Part shown: one piece after another, positions 8,233 through 17,962 of the stretch
Numbering within the stretch: the stretch's first letter is position 1
How the letters are laid out: the number at the start of each line of letters is the position of its first letter
IMG/VR virus record: IMGVR_UViG_3300042291_001557
Location: 36,257-100,256 of that record
DNA length: 64,000 nucleotides
Reading direction: 5' to 3' (one strand)
Origin: a virus
Notes under the pieces: generated by a model
Seen by the model: the letters and a program-made list of their open reading frames with translations, nothing else
Told to the model about the DNA's origin: nothing
Databases searched by the model: none
Position numbers and translations under genes: made by a program

Positions 8233-10362
8233 TTAAGCGTTAATTATTATTTTTGTACTAGAAGACAAGGATTGAGTAAGCCCCCATGAATCAGTAACAA
8301 CAATTATACCGCCTTCTAGGCCGGTAGAACCAGCGTTACCCATGGTCCCCGCTAGACCATTGGTGCCAGCATTGGGTGCTCCATTGGTTCCGGGGTTCCC
8401 AGGGTTGCCTGCACCACCAACCGTTCCTGCGTTACCGGCAGCTCCAGGATTTCCTGCTGCGCCTCCGTGTCCAGTTCCGTTATTCCCATGATTACCTGCT
8501 ACGCCGGCGTTGCCGGCAGTTCCATGGTTCCCTGCTGTTCCTGCTGCGCCGTTATGCCCATGACCATTTGTACCAGAATTACCGGCTGCGCCACCATAAC
8601 TGGTCGCAACAGCATTCTGCCCGTAGTGGGTGTTATGGTTATGCCCTGCACCGTGTCCGTTGAATTCATTATGTCCTAAACCTATGAAAAAGTGGTTGAC
8701 GTTTGCTGGGTTTGCGCCACGAGGCCATGTTCTGTTTGCGGGTGCACCAGTATAGTGAAAAGCATGTTCGGTCGAGTTTCTCCATGAATGTCTAGGAAAA
8801 TGTGCACTGTTTGATTCGTTAGCAGGGCGACCACCGGAACCACCAAATGTTCTCATATGACTATAACCTGAGACATGGAACGCATGGGCGTTGGAAGCAG
8901 CATTGGGGTTTCCTGCCTGCGAGACATACTGGTAATAAGTGTCATTTACTCCCGCATTGCCAGCTGCACCTGCAGTGGCCCCAGTTCCGTTAGCGGCCCC
9001 CGTTCCTGCTGTTCCATTTGTTCCTGCGTTGGCTACTCCAGGGTTTGCTCCGCCTGCGGTGGCACCGCTTCCGCCGTGGCCTCCAGTTCCTACGTTTCCG
9101 GGGTTTCCTGCATTGCCTGGGACGAGAGTTCCCACAACTCCGGCCCCACCGGACGTAGCACCAGTCCCTGCAATCCCAGGATTACCTGACGCACCTGCAG
9201 TTCCATGAGAACCAACCCCGCCAGGTTGTCCAACATTAACAACAGAGCCAGAGCCAGAAATATATTTAGCCACAATCAAAACAACGGGTCCTCCTCTTCC
9301 TCCCGTGCCACTTACTCCAGGGTTTCCTGCGTTGCCTGCGGCTCCAACAGTTCCAGCGTTGCCCGCTAAACCTGCCGCACCAAAATGTCCTGCGTTGGGC
9401 GCACCACTGTTTCCTGGGTTACCTGCATTGCCTGCGTTTCCTGCCGTACCGGCATTTCCTGCTGCACCCGCGTGTCCAGTTCCGCCATGTCCTGTTCCGT
9501 TGGTTCCTGGATTGCCATGGTTTCCTGCAGTGCCTGCGTTCCCTGCTGCACCATTGTTGCCGTGGTTTCCGGCGTGCCCATAACCATAAAGACCATAAGA
9601 ATTGTGTGTGTTGCCGTGGTTCGAACCAGACGGAATGTGTATTCCACCAGCAGTAGCTCCCGTTCCTGCCGCTCCTGGGTTGGCCCCACCAGCACCTCCT
9701 GCGGTAGCTCCACTTCCTCCGTGCCCACCAGTACCGTTACTGCCACCTGTTCCTGGGTTTCCTGCATTTGCTACTCCAGCTCCTCCAGCACCACCAAGGT
9801 TTGCTCCAGTTCCAGCAATTCCAGGATTGCCTCCCGTGCCAGGATTTCCTGCAACCCCTGGAACTAGGGTTCCTGGATTTCCTAGCGTGCCACTGGTTGC
9901 ACCACTTCCATCTGCACCCTTGTCGCCACCAGAAAGCACACGAATCGAACCAGCATTATCTACAAAATAACCACGAATTGATTTTTCCAAATCATTCAGT
10001 GTTGCCAGGTCGATTGGATTAGCTGAAGTCTGACTCAAGCTGTAAGTAACAATAGAAGCAGCCCCACCAGCCACTGTTCCTGACGGGATTAAGGACGTAT
10101 GCGAAAGAGTGGCTCCGATGGTTCCGTTGTTGGTTAAGGTCCCTTTAACAAAGACTCGAAAGCCGTTTGTGATTACAGTGCAACCGCTGTTGACCGTTAG
10201 GTTTTCGTAGTACATGTCTCTGGACAAAACAGTTGGAGTTCCAGTGTTTGAAACAATTACAGTTCCGTCTGTCCCTTGTCCATACACAGAGTCGTTTCCA
10301 AGTCTCTGTGTGTACTCTTTAGATTCCGTACCAGGTCTAAACCTGACAACTCCAATTCCCAT
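8233..10362 (-). CDS. Gly-rich (GXX repeat) virion protein with His/aromatic-rich loops (module A)
   Basis: N-terminal QRLGND.VYGQGTDG...DMYY.NLTVNSG...TNGFRVFVK.TLT.NG.IG shared with 18195..19805; long GNA/GNP/GTA tracts flank non-repetitive inserts. Confidence 0.75.
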   Translation of the reverse strand: MGIGVVRFRPGTESKEYTQRLGNDSVYGQGTDGTVIVSNTGTPTVLSRDMYYENLTVNSGCTVITNGFRVFVKGTLTNNGTIGATLSHTSLIPSGTVAGGAASIVTYSLSQTSANPIDLATLNDLEKSIRGYFVDNAGSIRVLSGGDKGADGSGATSGTLGNPGTLVPGVAGNPGTGGNPGIAGTGANLGGAGGAGVANAGNPGTGGSNGTGGHGGSGATAGGAGGANPGAAGTGATAGGIHIPSGSNHGNTHNSYGLYGYGHAGNHGNNGAAGNAGTAGNHGNPGTNGTGHGGTGHAGAAGNAGTAGNAGNAGNPGNSGAPNAGHFGAAGLAGNAGTVGAAGNAGNPGVSGTGGRGGPVVLIVAKYISGSGSVVNVGQPGGVGSHGTAGASGNPGIAGTGATSGGAGVVGTLVPGNAGNPGNVGTGGHGGSGATAGGANPGVANAGTNGTAGTGAANGTGATAGAAGNAGVNDTYYQYVSQAGNPNAASNAHAFHVSGYSHMRTFGGSGGRPANESNSAHFPRHSWRNSTEHAFHYTGAPANRTWPRGANPANVNHFFIGLGHNEFNGHGAGHNHNTHYGQNAVATSYGGAAGNSGTNGHGHNGAAGTAGNHGTAGNAGVAGNHGNNGTGHGGAAGNPGAAGNAGTVGGAGNPGNPGTNGAPNAGTNGLAGTMGNAGSTGLEGGIIVVTDSWGLTQSLSSSTKIIINA

Positions 10363-10364
10363 TG

Positions 10365-11099
10365 TTATACCAACTGCATGTAGTTATAAGTACCAGTATT
10401 CGCTCCGGTTACATCTGTAGAGACATTGCTCGGCAAGGAAGAACCGCTAGAAATAACAAGAATTACTCCGCCGCCGCCAGGAGAGGTTGCTGGTGCCGCA
10501 ATTTTAGCATTCACGGATACTGCTGTAGAAACAATGTAGCGAGCAGCGATTATTACTACTCCTCCGCCTGCCTGCCCTGTTCCGCCTGCTCCACCGCGAA
10601 GAAAAGTTGGTCCACCAGACGCTGTAATCGAATATCCGCGAATTGCTTGAATTGGCTGTTTGTAGTACTCAACCCCACCCATGGCGGCAGTTGGTGGCGT
10701 AGCGGTGTAAGTAGCCAAAGCGTTCCCGCCGAGACTATGGGTTACTGAAGTAGCAGCGGCTCCGCCTTGCTCTATGGAGCCTGCAGTCGAAAACCCAGTC
10801 GTGTAACCGATTACTGAAGCCTCGCCAAGACTTAGCTGTCCCTTTACCAATATCCTGTAACCAGCCGGGTCTAGACGAATAGACGTATCGATAGATAATG
10901 AATCAAGAAACAAGTCTCTGGTCATTGTAAAAACAGAAGAAGAATAAGTTAACCCAAGAGAAGCAGAGTACGTTCCTCCACTCCCAGACGTTGTTGACAG
11001 AACTGCAGCACCATCGGCCCCTGTTCCGTAAATGGAATCAGGAGCGTCAATGAAAGCCGAGAAGGCCGTCAACACTGGATATCTTGATACTCCGGCCAT
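10365..11099 (-). CDS. Gly-rich virion structural protein (module A)
   Basis: MAGVSRYP.L.AF..FIDA.DS.YG.GADG, LRGGAGG.GQ.GGG.VI.AARYI; close paralog of 19807..20514. Confidence 0.75.
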   Translation of the reverse strand: MAGVSRYPVLTAFSAFIDAPDSIYGTGADGAAVLSTTSGSGGTYSASLGLTYSSSVFTMTRDLFLDSLSIDTSIRLDPAGYRILVKGQLSLGEASVIGYTTGFSTAGSIEQGGAAATSVTHSLGGNALATYTATPPTAAMGGVEYYKQPIQAIRGYSITASGGPTFLRGGAGGTGQAGGGVVIIAARYIVSTAVSVNAKIAAPATSPGGGGVILVISSGSSLPSNVSTDVTGANTGTYNYMQLV

Positions 11100-11101
11100 G
11101 A

Positions 11102-11437
11102 CTAAAGGGTGTAGCCGTTTACCGTTACCGTAATAGCGGCATTCTCACTGACAAAATAAATAATGTCGTCTAGGGCTAGAGAAGTGTTCGTGTTGTAAGT
11201 AATCGTCTCTTTAGGGGAAACGCTCATTTGTGACAAGATTCTTTGCGCAGCAACATCGCTGGATACGGTATTAGCGGCGACACCTACTGTTATCCAGTAT
11301 GCGGTACTTGCGCTTGTGTTGCAGATGATTATCTGCTTTACTACTCCGGCAGCCGTGGCTGTATAGGCACCTGTAGCCCCAGAACTAAAAGTTGTAACGG
11401 TGGCCTTGGGACCGAACCGATAAGGAACTACTGACAT
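11102..11437 (-). CDS. Small beta-rich virion protein (module A)
   Basis: YT....VVKQII.CNT motif shared with 20514..20888 and 23892..24197. Confidence 0.7.
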   Translation of the reverse strand: MSVVPYRFGPKATVTTFSSGATGAYTATAAGVVKQIIICNTSASTAYWITVGVAANTVSSDVAAQRILSQMSVSPKETITYNTNTSLALDDIIYFVSENAAITVTVNGYTL

Positions 11438-11677
11438 TTAGATGACCTCCATGAGAAATATTACTTCAGTATCGTCTGCACGCACGTTAGTCGGGCCACT
11501 TGCTCCGGGGACTCCAGACGAACCTACAGGACCAGTTGGGCCTGAAGGACCTTCAGGGCCCTGGGTCCCACCAATCCCAACATTGAGTGCCCACTTGCCG
11601 TCCGTGTACGACCAGGTTTTGCCGTCAACTGTAAAGTTGTCACCGGGAGCAGGGGAGTTGGGAAAATCGATAGCCAT
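11438..11677 (-). CDS. Short IDFPNSP-domain protein with collagen-like triplets (module A)
   Basis: [18 protein letters not shown]....W followed by GXY triplets; start 11677 supported by TATAAT 7 nt upstream. Confidence 0.7.
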   Translation of the reverse strand: MAIDFPNSPAPGDNFTVDGKTWSYTDGKWALNVGIGGTQGPEGPSGPTGPVGSSGVPGASGPTNVRADDTEVIFLMEVI

Positions 11678-11704
11678 GCCTGCAATTATACCCTGAACTG
11701 ATTG
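11678..11704 (-). promoter_or_regulatory. Leaderless promoter CAATCAGTTCAGGGTATAAT-N7-ATG (copy 1)
   Basis: TATAAT at 11690-11685, 7 nt before ATG; same upstream sequence at 13062-13088. Confidence 0.6.
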
Positions 11705-11768
11705 AGGGGAACCATAAGAAACAAGGTGGCAATATAATGCCAATTGAAGAAATCAAAAACTATGGTCG

Positions 11769-12035
11769 TTACGCTTCCAACGCTGCTTTAGCAGCTAGGT
11801 ATGCTGCTCTCTGCTCATTTTGGTCATACACGGGAGCGTCATAAGCATCTCCGTTGTCCTTTATTGCTTGAATGGTTTCTTCAGCCCATTGTTCAGCGTC
11901 TTCTTTTGTCCACGGCATCCAGTTGTGAGGGAAGTTAAATTGACTTATTGTGCGAGAAAAAGAAGAACCATTAATTTCCCCAGTCCATGTAATGGTTGCT
12001 TCATTTTTGTCGTTTACTTCATATGTGTATTCCAT
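11769..12035 (-). CDS. Small protein after collagen-like fibre, possible fibre assembly factor
   Basis: Q...P....PW...EDAEQWAEE motif; GGAG SD; position directly after fibre gene. Confidence 0.55.
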   Translation of the reverse strand: MEYTYEVNDKNEATITWTGEINGSSFSRTISQFNFPHNWMPWTKEDAEQWAEETIQAIKDNGDAYDAPVYDQNEQRAAYLAAKAALEA

Positions 12036-12044
12036 AATATCTCC

Positions 12045-13061
12045 CTAGACAACATACTCAATAATGACAGCGCCATTTGAACCCATGTTCGCAAGGGTGG
12101 TGCCTGTGTACCCATTAGCCATGCCCACGGTAAACGAGTAGACAGTTGACGGAACGGTAGTTACTTGAAAAACTTCCGTTACTCCATCCTGCCCACGACT
12201 CGCTTCTATTCTTCCCGAAACCCTAGTATAAACAAGGTCACCACTATCCTGCTCTCTAGTCTCCACAGCAACAGCAGTTGCGACACCACCAATTCCTCCA
12301 GAGCCAGGGTATCTATTTTCTGCGTCAAAATTGGATGTATTGTTACTTGAACTGCCACTAAGTTTAGTTCCGTAAATAATATCACCAGTAATAGTCTCGG
12401 TTTTAATCGGTCCCTGTTTGCCCCCAAGAGCGGTATATGTAGTCCCACCAGCAACAAAGGTTGTTGAGCCACCATCTTCGTAGCCCATCATGGAAGTCGC
12501 GGATACAGTAGCGTAGTTGGTTACTGTAAGTGTGGCAAATCCTTGCCCACCGCCTGCACCAATAAGTGTCAGTTTTATTTGCGTGACACCAGCAGGACAA
12601 GTCCATGTTCCGCTACCGTTTGTTGTGTACTTTGTAACATAGATTTTGGGGTCCACAGCACTGACTCCTGGGACTCCGCTAACCCCAGGCACGCCACTAA
12701 CCCCTTGCGGACCAGTTGCACCGGTCGGTCCTCCCGCAGGACCCGTGGCTCCCGTTAAGCCAGTCGGACCAGTCGGACCTGTCAGACCAGTGGGCCCAGC
12801 TATTCCTGTTGGTCCAGTAATTCCTGTTGGTCCAGCAATTCCTGTTGGCCCTGTTGCCCCAGTCAAACCTGTTGGTCCAGTTGCACCAGTAGGCCCAGTG
12901 GGACCCCCTGCAGGCCCTGTTGCTCCTGTTGGACCTGTCGGGCCAACAACGCCCATAGTGCTTACAAAAAGAGCCCATTTTCCGTCAGTGAATGTCCACG
13001 TTTTATTGTTTGTCGTAAACGATGCGCCCGGCGCAGGTGAGTTGGGGAAATCGATAGCCAT
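12045..13061 (-). CDS. Collagen-like tail fibre with C-terminal glycine-rich domain
   Basis: IDFPNSP N-terminus, about 30 GXY triplets (GPT/GAT/GVS), then [20 protein letters not shown]...YSFTVG...[10 protein letters not shown]. Confidence 0.8.
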   Translation of the reverse strand: MAIDFPNSPAPGASFTTNNKTWTFTDGKWALFVSTMGVVGPTGPTGATGPAGGPTGPTGATGPTGLTGATGPTGIAGPTGITGPTGIAGPTGLTGPTGPTGLTGATGPAGGPTGATGPQGVSGVPGVSGVPGVSAVDPKIYVTKYTTNGSGTWTCPAGVTQIKLTLIGAGGGQGFATLTVTNYATVSATSMMGYEDGGSTTFVAGGTTYTALGGKQGPIKTETITGDIIYGTKLSGSSSNNTSNFDAENRYPGSGGIGGVATAVAVETREQDSGDLVYTRVSGRIEASRGQDGVTEVFQVTTVPSTVYSFTVGMANGYTGTTLANMGSNGAVIIEYVV

Positions 13062-13088
13062 AGGGCTAATTATACCCCGAACTGATTG
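13062..13088 (-). promoter_or_regulatory. Leaderless promoter CAATCAGTTCGGGGTATAAT-N7-ATG (copy 2)
   Basis: TATAAT at 13074-13069, 7 nt before ATG 13061. Confidence 0.6.
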
Positions 13089-13094
13089 TGAGGC

Positions 13095-13379
13095 TTAAAA
13101 CCACCAGAAGTGTTTAAGAATTGAAAGGCTAGCCAAAATCACCCACATAACATTGAAAAGGATAATCGTGGGGAGCGTCTTTTCGGTAGATGACCAAATT
13201 AGGGCGATACTCGAAGCGATGGCAAATATATAAACCCACCACCACTGGTACCCAAGAAGCAGGCCGGGAAAGATGATGGCGATTTTGGTAGCAAAGCCCC
13301 AAGCTTCTACGACGTTTGGTCTAGTCCAGTATCCCTTGTGGGACATTGTCTTTGTTGCCTGTATTACCTTTTTCAGCAT
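13095..13379 (-). CDS. Small membrane protein (about 3 TM)
   Basis: Three hydrophobic stretches. Confidence 0.65.
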   Translation of the reverse strand: MLKKVIQATKTMSHKGYWTRPNVVEAWGFATKIAIIFPGLLLGYQWWWVYIFAIASSIALIWSSTEKTLPTIILFNVMWVILASLSILKHFWWF

Positions 13380-13536
13380 TTTTCCTCGCTTTATATTCCA
13401 GTGTCAACAGGTGAAAAATTGTTAATATTGCACCGCCGGAAAAGTGTAACTTCCACCCTAACTTTTTCCAACCCTCTTCCGTATTGGGGAAGACTAAGTT
13501 ATCTGTTTGATAACGGTAATCGCCAAACTTGGACAT
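13321..13536 (-). CDS. Hypothetical protein
   Basis: ATG directly after stop of upstream gene, same strand. Confidence 0.45.
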   Translation of the reverse strand: MSKFGDYRYQTDNLVFPNTEEGWKKLGWKLHFSGGAILTIFHLLTLEYKARKNAEKGNTGNKDNVPQGILD

Positions 13537-13537
13537 T

Positions 13538-14656
13538 TTAGTTATAGGTCATATAAGAAAGAAGTGCTTTTTTTGCTGCTATTTCCTCGGCACCTGTTGG
13601 GCGCACTGTTGGAATAAGTAAGTTTTCGGACTTCTCAATAAACTCAAAAATTTCTTCTGCCGTCGTATTGCTGCTGTCTATCTTAAAATCCAAACAAGTT
13701 TTATATATAACGCCTTCTATTTTAGAATTCTCTACCGCTAAAACGTTTGAATCAATGGTTATATCCTGTGGGTAATTTGCAACGAGGGAATTCAGGGAAA
13801 TATAGCGCAGTTTTTTTCTAAGCCAGTCAAGAAATAGTGGGCTTATGTCTATCTGTTCAATAAAGTCTTGCCTCGGGTTATCTGTTTCTAGGAGGTATCT
13901 GTAAACCGGCATGTTTTCTTGATACTCGTTAATCTCGTCAATAACTTCTGGGGGCATTTTTATCGCCTCAAGATAACTCTTTGCATCAAGCGCTATTTCA
14001 TCCGTAACGTTAAAAGGTTCTTCGGCCAAAGAAGCCCACTCGATTACTAGTTTCATGCAGCCCATAAAAGTCTTTGACATGCCAACCACGGCAGGCCAGT
14101 CTCTATAGGAAGTTCCGATATCGGAAACCCGCATGTAGCTGACAGTAGATGTTCCAGCAACACTCAGCAAGCTTGCAACCCGTTTAATTGTGTTGTTGTT
14201 TATTTTATTTAGGTCAGCTATGAATGGTTTTATCCCATCTCCCACCGGATACGCCATCGCCATGAATAAATGTGTTTCGCACCTGTTCTTGTAGTCCCAA
14301 TACGCATTGACAAATTTTGACTCTACTTGCTGCTTCATTGACACTGAATTATAGAAAGAAAACGTATCACTTTCAAGATGACTGGACATAAATGCATATT
14401 CATAAAAATGCTCGTAAGGCATCCACTGGACGATTGATTCGCCCTCTTCGTTAACGAGAACATAATTGTAGTCAGTCTTTCCCAGGTCGAAATTACGAAA
14501 AGCAATTATCTGGTAGTTATCTGCAATAAAGATGTCATATTCCGTATATTCAACATCTCCGTTTGGGTGTCTTATGTAAAGTTTGAAGTCGTCCAAGGAT
14601 TCATGAACGTAGTAGCAACCATAAAGAGATGGGTCTATTTGAGACGTGTTATTCAC
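13538..14656 (-). CDS. Hypothetical protein (follows module B)
   Basis: 372-aa ORF with AAGGAAG SD, operon-like spacing; no motif recognised. Confidence 0.7.
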   Translation of the reverse strand: MNNTSQIDPSLYGCYYVHESLDDFKLYIRHPNGDVEYTEYDIFIADNYQIIAFRNFDLGKTDYNYVLVNEEGESIVQWMPYEHFYEYAFMSSHLESDTFSFYNSVSMKQQVESKFVNAYWDYKNRCETHLFMAMAYPVGDGIKPFIADLNKINNNTIKRVASLLSVAGTSTVSYMRVSDIGTSYRDWPAVVGMSKTFMGCMKLVIEWASLAEEPFNVTDEIALDAKSYLEAIKMPPEVIDEINEYQENMPVYRYLLETDNPRQDFIEQIDISPLFLDWLRKKLRYISLNSLVANYPQDITIDSNVLAVENSKIEGVIYKTCLDFKIDSSNTTAEEIFEFIEKSENLLIPTVRPTGAEEIAAKKALLSYMTYN

Positions 14657-14659
14657 TTT

Positions 14660-15454
14660 TTACTTCCTTTTGAGTATTTTTTTAATTATACCTTTTTGTT
14701 CAGACTGCTTATCTAAAGCATTATCAACAATTACCCTATTGCGACGATAAGGACCAGCAGTCCCATCGCTTGGGGCAACGTGCCCTGTCCCAAACCCTGT
14801 TGTAGCAACGTATTTAAAGTAAGACTCGTCGTTGAAGATTATTTCCCCAAAGTCGGAGTTGCGCTTAAACGGAACTACCTGACACATCGGTGTTCCGTAT
14901 TTTATGGAAAACGGCCTATCACCAATAGGGTTAATAACCATGTTTGCTAAGTGGTAGAAATCCGTATGAACGATTGACGGAACGAGCGTGTAGTCCTCGT
15001 TTGGTTCCCAGTACGGTGGGAGAATCATCGACGACCAGCCTGGGGCTGTTTCAAAGCGCCACGGATTAATTATCTTTGGGTATTGGCCCGTTGCTACTTT
15101 TCTGACAGCAGTCATTGGGCATTCACCGGTGGAGTGAGCAGAAAATCCTGATATTGAATTTATCCCAGCTTGTGGTGCAAAATCGTCCCCCGCCGTTTCC
15201 CATGTCTCGCCATTTGGGTCTAGACGGAATCTAAAATTTGTCCACATAGGAATAGTGACGCCAGCAGTAAGAAAATCTATTGTTCCAGCGCATTTGCGAA
15301 TGGAGCCCTGATGCTTACCAATTTTCTTAAACCACATAGGAGGATTCTGTACTGTGTTAACAAATGGAGGCATCTCCATCAATCTGTTATCCATCGGTGT
15401 GAATCTTATTTGTCCAGGTTTTACTGGCGGCATCTTGGTCATTATTGGTTCCAT
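14660..15454 (-). CDS. DUF6065-like / dUTPase-like beta protein (module B)
   Basis: P.WFK....SIRKCAG..D...GVTIPMW, PSIVHTDFYH, GTPMCQVVPFKR. Confidence 0.6.
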   Translation of the reverse strand: MEPIMTKMPPVKPGQIRFTPMDNRLMEMPPFVNTVQNPPMWFKKIGKHQGSIRKCAGTIDFLTAGVTIPMWTNFRFRLDPNGETWETAGDDFAPQAGINSISGFSAHSTGECPMTAVRKVATGQYPKIINPWRFETAPGWSSMILPPYWEPNEDYTLVPSIVHTDFYHLANMVINPIGDRPFSIKYGTPMCQVVPFKRNSDFGEIIFNDESYFKYVATTGFGTGHVAPSDGTAGPYRRNRVIVDNALDKQSEQKGIIKKILKRK

Positions 15455-16950
15455 TCTTTGTCAATCAACACAATTTCCCGCAAAGCAGTAGCGTGGTCGA
15501 CTTGTTCGCCACTATTCCGATTTGCTTTGTATTCTGCAATTTTTTTCTCAACGCTTTGCCGTATCCCAAGCCTATTGAGGGCAGTGGTGGCCGCATCTGG
15601 ATTGATGGCGTTTTGACCTTGAGCAACATGCCACAAGTGTGCCGACAAAAACATCTCGCCGTTTAATGCACTAAAATCAAATCTGGTTGGTGGACGCTCC
15701 GCCCATAACTCAATCATCTCCTGCAATTCTTCATTGAGTGGCGTTACTGACATTTCCCGCCAAAATGGAGTGTCCTGCCTATCCGAATAATAATGGAGAC
15801 GAACCATCGTAAGAATATTGCGCATCATCAGCTTCATGCTGGCGTTAAAGTGTTTCTGAGATGCTGTGTGCCCAGGTTGATACGAAGCAAGATAGGGGAC
15901 AATTTGTTTTACTTGCTGAATTGTTGAACCTATGCTAGAGGCCTCTAATGGCTCCACAAAAGAAGAAGCCAGCCCGATTGCACAACAGTTCTTTACCCAT
16001 GTGTTCTTTAGATAGCCCGCGTCAAAATTAATAACACGATGGGCTTCAATCTTGTAGCCGGACATCTCTTCGGCTTCACGTACCGCTTCTTCTTCGGTTA
16101 TAAATTTAGACGAAAATACGTATCCGTTTCCACGCCGTTCTTGAGTGGGGAGTTCCCAGAGCCACCCGGAAGAGGCAGCACGAGCACGTGTGTAGGGACG
16201 AATTCTTCCGTTGGGGTCAGATTCCGTAGGAAACGCAATTGCCGTATCGCACAAAAGATGGTCACTGAAAGAAGACCAATCATCTGCCCCAAGTTTTTTC
16301 ATCAATATTCTGCTAAAGCCACTAGCGTCAAACCAAAAGTCTGACGCAATGGTTTCATTTGATTTGGTTACTACGGATAGTATATTTCCGTTTTCGCTAT
16401 CAAGATTAATAGAATCTACTTCTGCCTCAATAAACTCAATCTGTCTCTTGAACGCCAGAGTAATTAGATAATTATTTAGCTTATGCGTATCAAAATGGTA
16501 TTGATTTGTAGACCGGTGCATTCCCGCTTTGCTGATTTTGTCTTTTACCAATGCAACGTTCGTAATCTGTGGGGTCAAAAGCTTCCCCTCTTCCAGATAT
16601 TGCATATAAGTTGCGTGTGCTCCAAAAGCATAAATATCATCTACGTCACCTACGCTATGAAAATAGTCAGGATTTTTTGTTGTCCAGTTTTCAAATCTAA
16701 TTCCGTACTTATGCGTACCAGCTGTCTCGACAAGCATTTCTTCAATAGGGATGTCACATAGGTCAGCAAACTGACGCCAGTGTTCCGTGCTTCCCTCCCC
16801 CACGCCAATAATCCCAATTTTTGAGGACGATACAACTTTTATTCCCGCTATGGGAAAGGCTTTGCGCAAAATCAAAGAAGCAAGTAGTCCTGCTGTTCCA
16901 GACCCGACGATGGTAATAATAAATGGTTTTTTTTCTTGTTTGTAATCCAT
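15442..16950 (-). CDS. Flavin-dependent tryptophan-halogenase family protein (module B)
   Basis: GSGTAG, GVGEGS, GTHKYGIRFENW, WLWELP, FVEPLEASS; TAAGAT 6 nt before ATG suggests an internal leaderless promoter. Confidence 0.9.
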   Translation of the reverse strand: MDYKQEKKPFIITIVGSGTAGLLASLILRKAFPIAGIKVVSSSKIGIIGVGEGSTEHWRQFADLCDIPIEEMLVETAGTHKYGIRFENWTTKNPDYFHSVGDVDDIYAFGAHATYMQYLEEGKLLTPQITNVALVKDKISKAGMHRSTNQYHFDTHKLNNYLITLAFKRQIEFIEAEVDSINLDSENGNILSVVTKSNETIASDFWFDASGFSRILMKKLGADDWSSFSDHLLCDTAIAFPTESDPNGRIRPYTRARAASSGWLWELPTQERRGNGYVFSSKFITEEEAVREAEEMSGYKIEAHRVINFDAGYLKNTWVKNCCAIGLASSFVEPLEASSIGSTIQQVKQIVPYLASYQPGHTASQKHFNASMKLMMRNILTMVRLHYYSDRQDTPFWREMSVTPLNEELQEMIELWAERPPTRFDFSALNGEMFLSAHLWHVAQGQNAINPDAATTALNRLGIRQSVEKKIAEYKANRNSGEQVDHATALREIVLIDKEWNQ

Positions 16951-16967
16951 AACTGAATCTTACTCTA

Positions 16968-17549
16968 CTAGCAAAACCATGTCACTAGAGAGTGCTTAAC
17001 GCCTTCAAGGACGGGATGGGCAACATGCAAGTAGGGGAAATTTGAAGGAAACATAAGAACCGAACCTGTTTTCAGCTTGACGGTCACATCAAAGGTGGGA
17101 AACTCTAATTCTCCGCCACTTTCGGCTTCCCCAAGGGATGCGACAATACTAAAAACACGCCTATTGTCTCTCCAGTGGTCATAGTGAGCACGATATTCTC
17201 CTCCTTGGTAGTATTTGAGGATTGCAAATTCTTCAGGGATGGCGTCCTCTATCATGAATTCTTGACGGTAATCTTCGGCGACCGCCATGCAGGGTAAAAA
17301 AATGTTTTTTTGGTAGAAATCAGATAATTCAGTTTTTTCATACGGAGGGAGCAAAGACGTAAGAACACAATTAATAGAAGTTCTAGTATCGGTCGTTGAC
17401 CCTGCTCCGGTTTTACCGTAGTCCCATTCGAGGCCGGACCACTCGTTCGCAGTTTCTTCTTCTACTTTAGCTAAGAACTCAATCGCTACTGATTCAGGGA
17501 ACACGTCTTCATACAGGGATACGCACGGTGCTATTTTTGTATTTTTCAT
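16968..17549 (-). CDS. 2OG-Fe(II) oxygenase (module B)
   Basis: LKY..GGEYRAHYD, GGELEF, MFPSNFPYLHVAHPV..G.K.S.VTW. Confidence 0.88.
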   Translation of the reverse strand: MKNTKIAPCVSLYEDVFPESVAIEFLAKVEEETANEWSGLEWDYGKTGAGSTTDTRTSINCVLTSLLPPYEKTELSDFYQKNIFLPCMAVAEDYRQEFMIEDAIPEEFAILKYYQGGEYRAHYDHWRDNRRVFSIVASLGEAESGGELEFPTFDVTVKLKTGSVLMFPSNFPYLHVAHPVLEGVKHSLVTWFC

Positions 17550-17962
17550 ATAACCCTAAATTCCCCAGAACAATAGTCTTCTGTTTCAGAAACAGTAATT
17601 TTATACTTCCAATTTCCCAGACTAACGTATCTTGAACGAAAACGCAAGCTATGAACCTGACGAACGGAAGGTTTTGTAATTACCGTTTCCCCGGTTTCTG
17701 AAGTAGCAATCAATCGAGCATCGCGTCCAAAAAAAACAAATTCGTCTGTCAGGTCAATGCAGAAAACGTATCCAGACTCAACGGTAGGCGGTATTTCTAC
17801 CACTTTTTTGTATGGGACACTAACGATGCAAATATCTGTGTATTTGTTGTCTTCCCCAACCTGTATGGACAGCATTGTTTTTTTTGCCAACTCTATGGCC
17901 TTTAAGGGGATTTCATTGTTTTCCAGAAGTAGGGATACTGGAACATGAATAAATCTTTTCAC
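17546..17962 (-). CDS. Hypothetical protein (module B)
   Basis: Overlapping start/stop with neighbours; counterpart of 7505..7948. Confidence 0.6.
   Translation of the reverse strand: MKRFIHVPVSLLLENNEIPLKAIELAKKTMLSIQVGEDNKYTDICIVSVPYKKVVEIPPTVESGYVFCIDLTDEFVFFGRDARLIATSETGETVITKPSVRQVHSLRFRSRYVSLGNWKYKITVSETEDYCSGEFRVI

Noticed and set aside
8233-10362. PE_PGRS protein of a mycobacterial chromosome
   Set aside because: No PE domain; the N-terminus matches neighbouring virion proteins and the context is a tail operon.
2147-17549. Bacterial secondary-metabolite cluster (pyrrolnitrin/rebeccamycin type)
   Set aside because: No scaffold synthases, transporters or prnBCD-like genes; the enzymes are embedded in virion gene operons.
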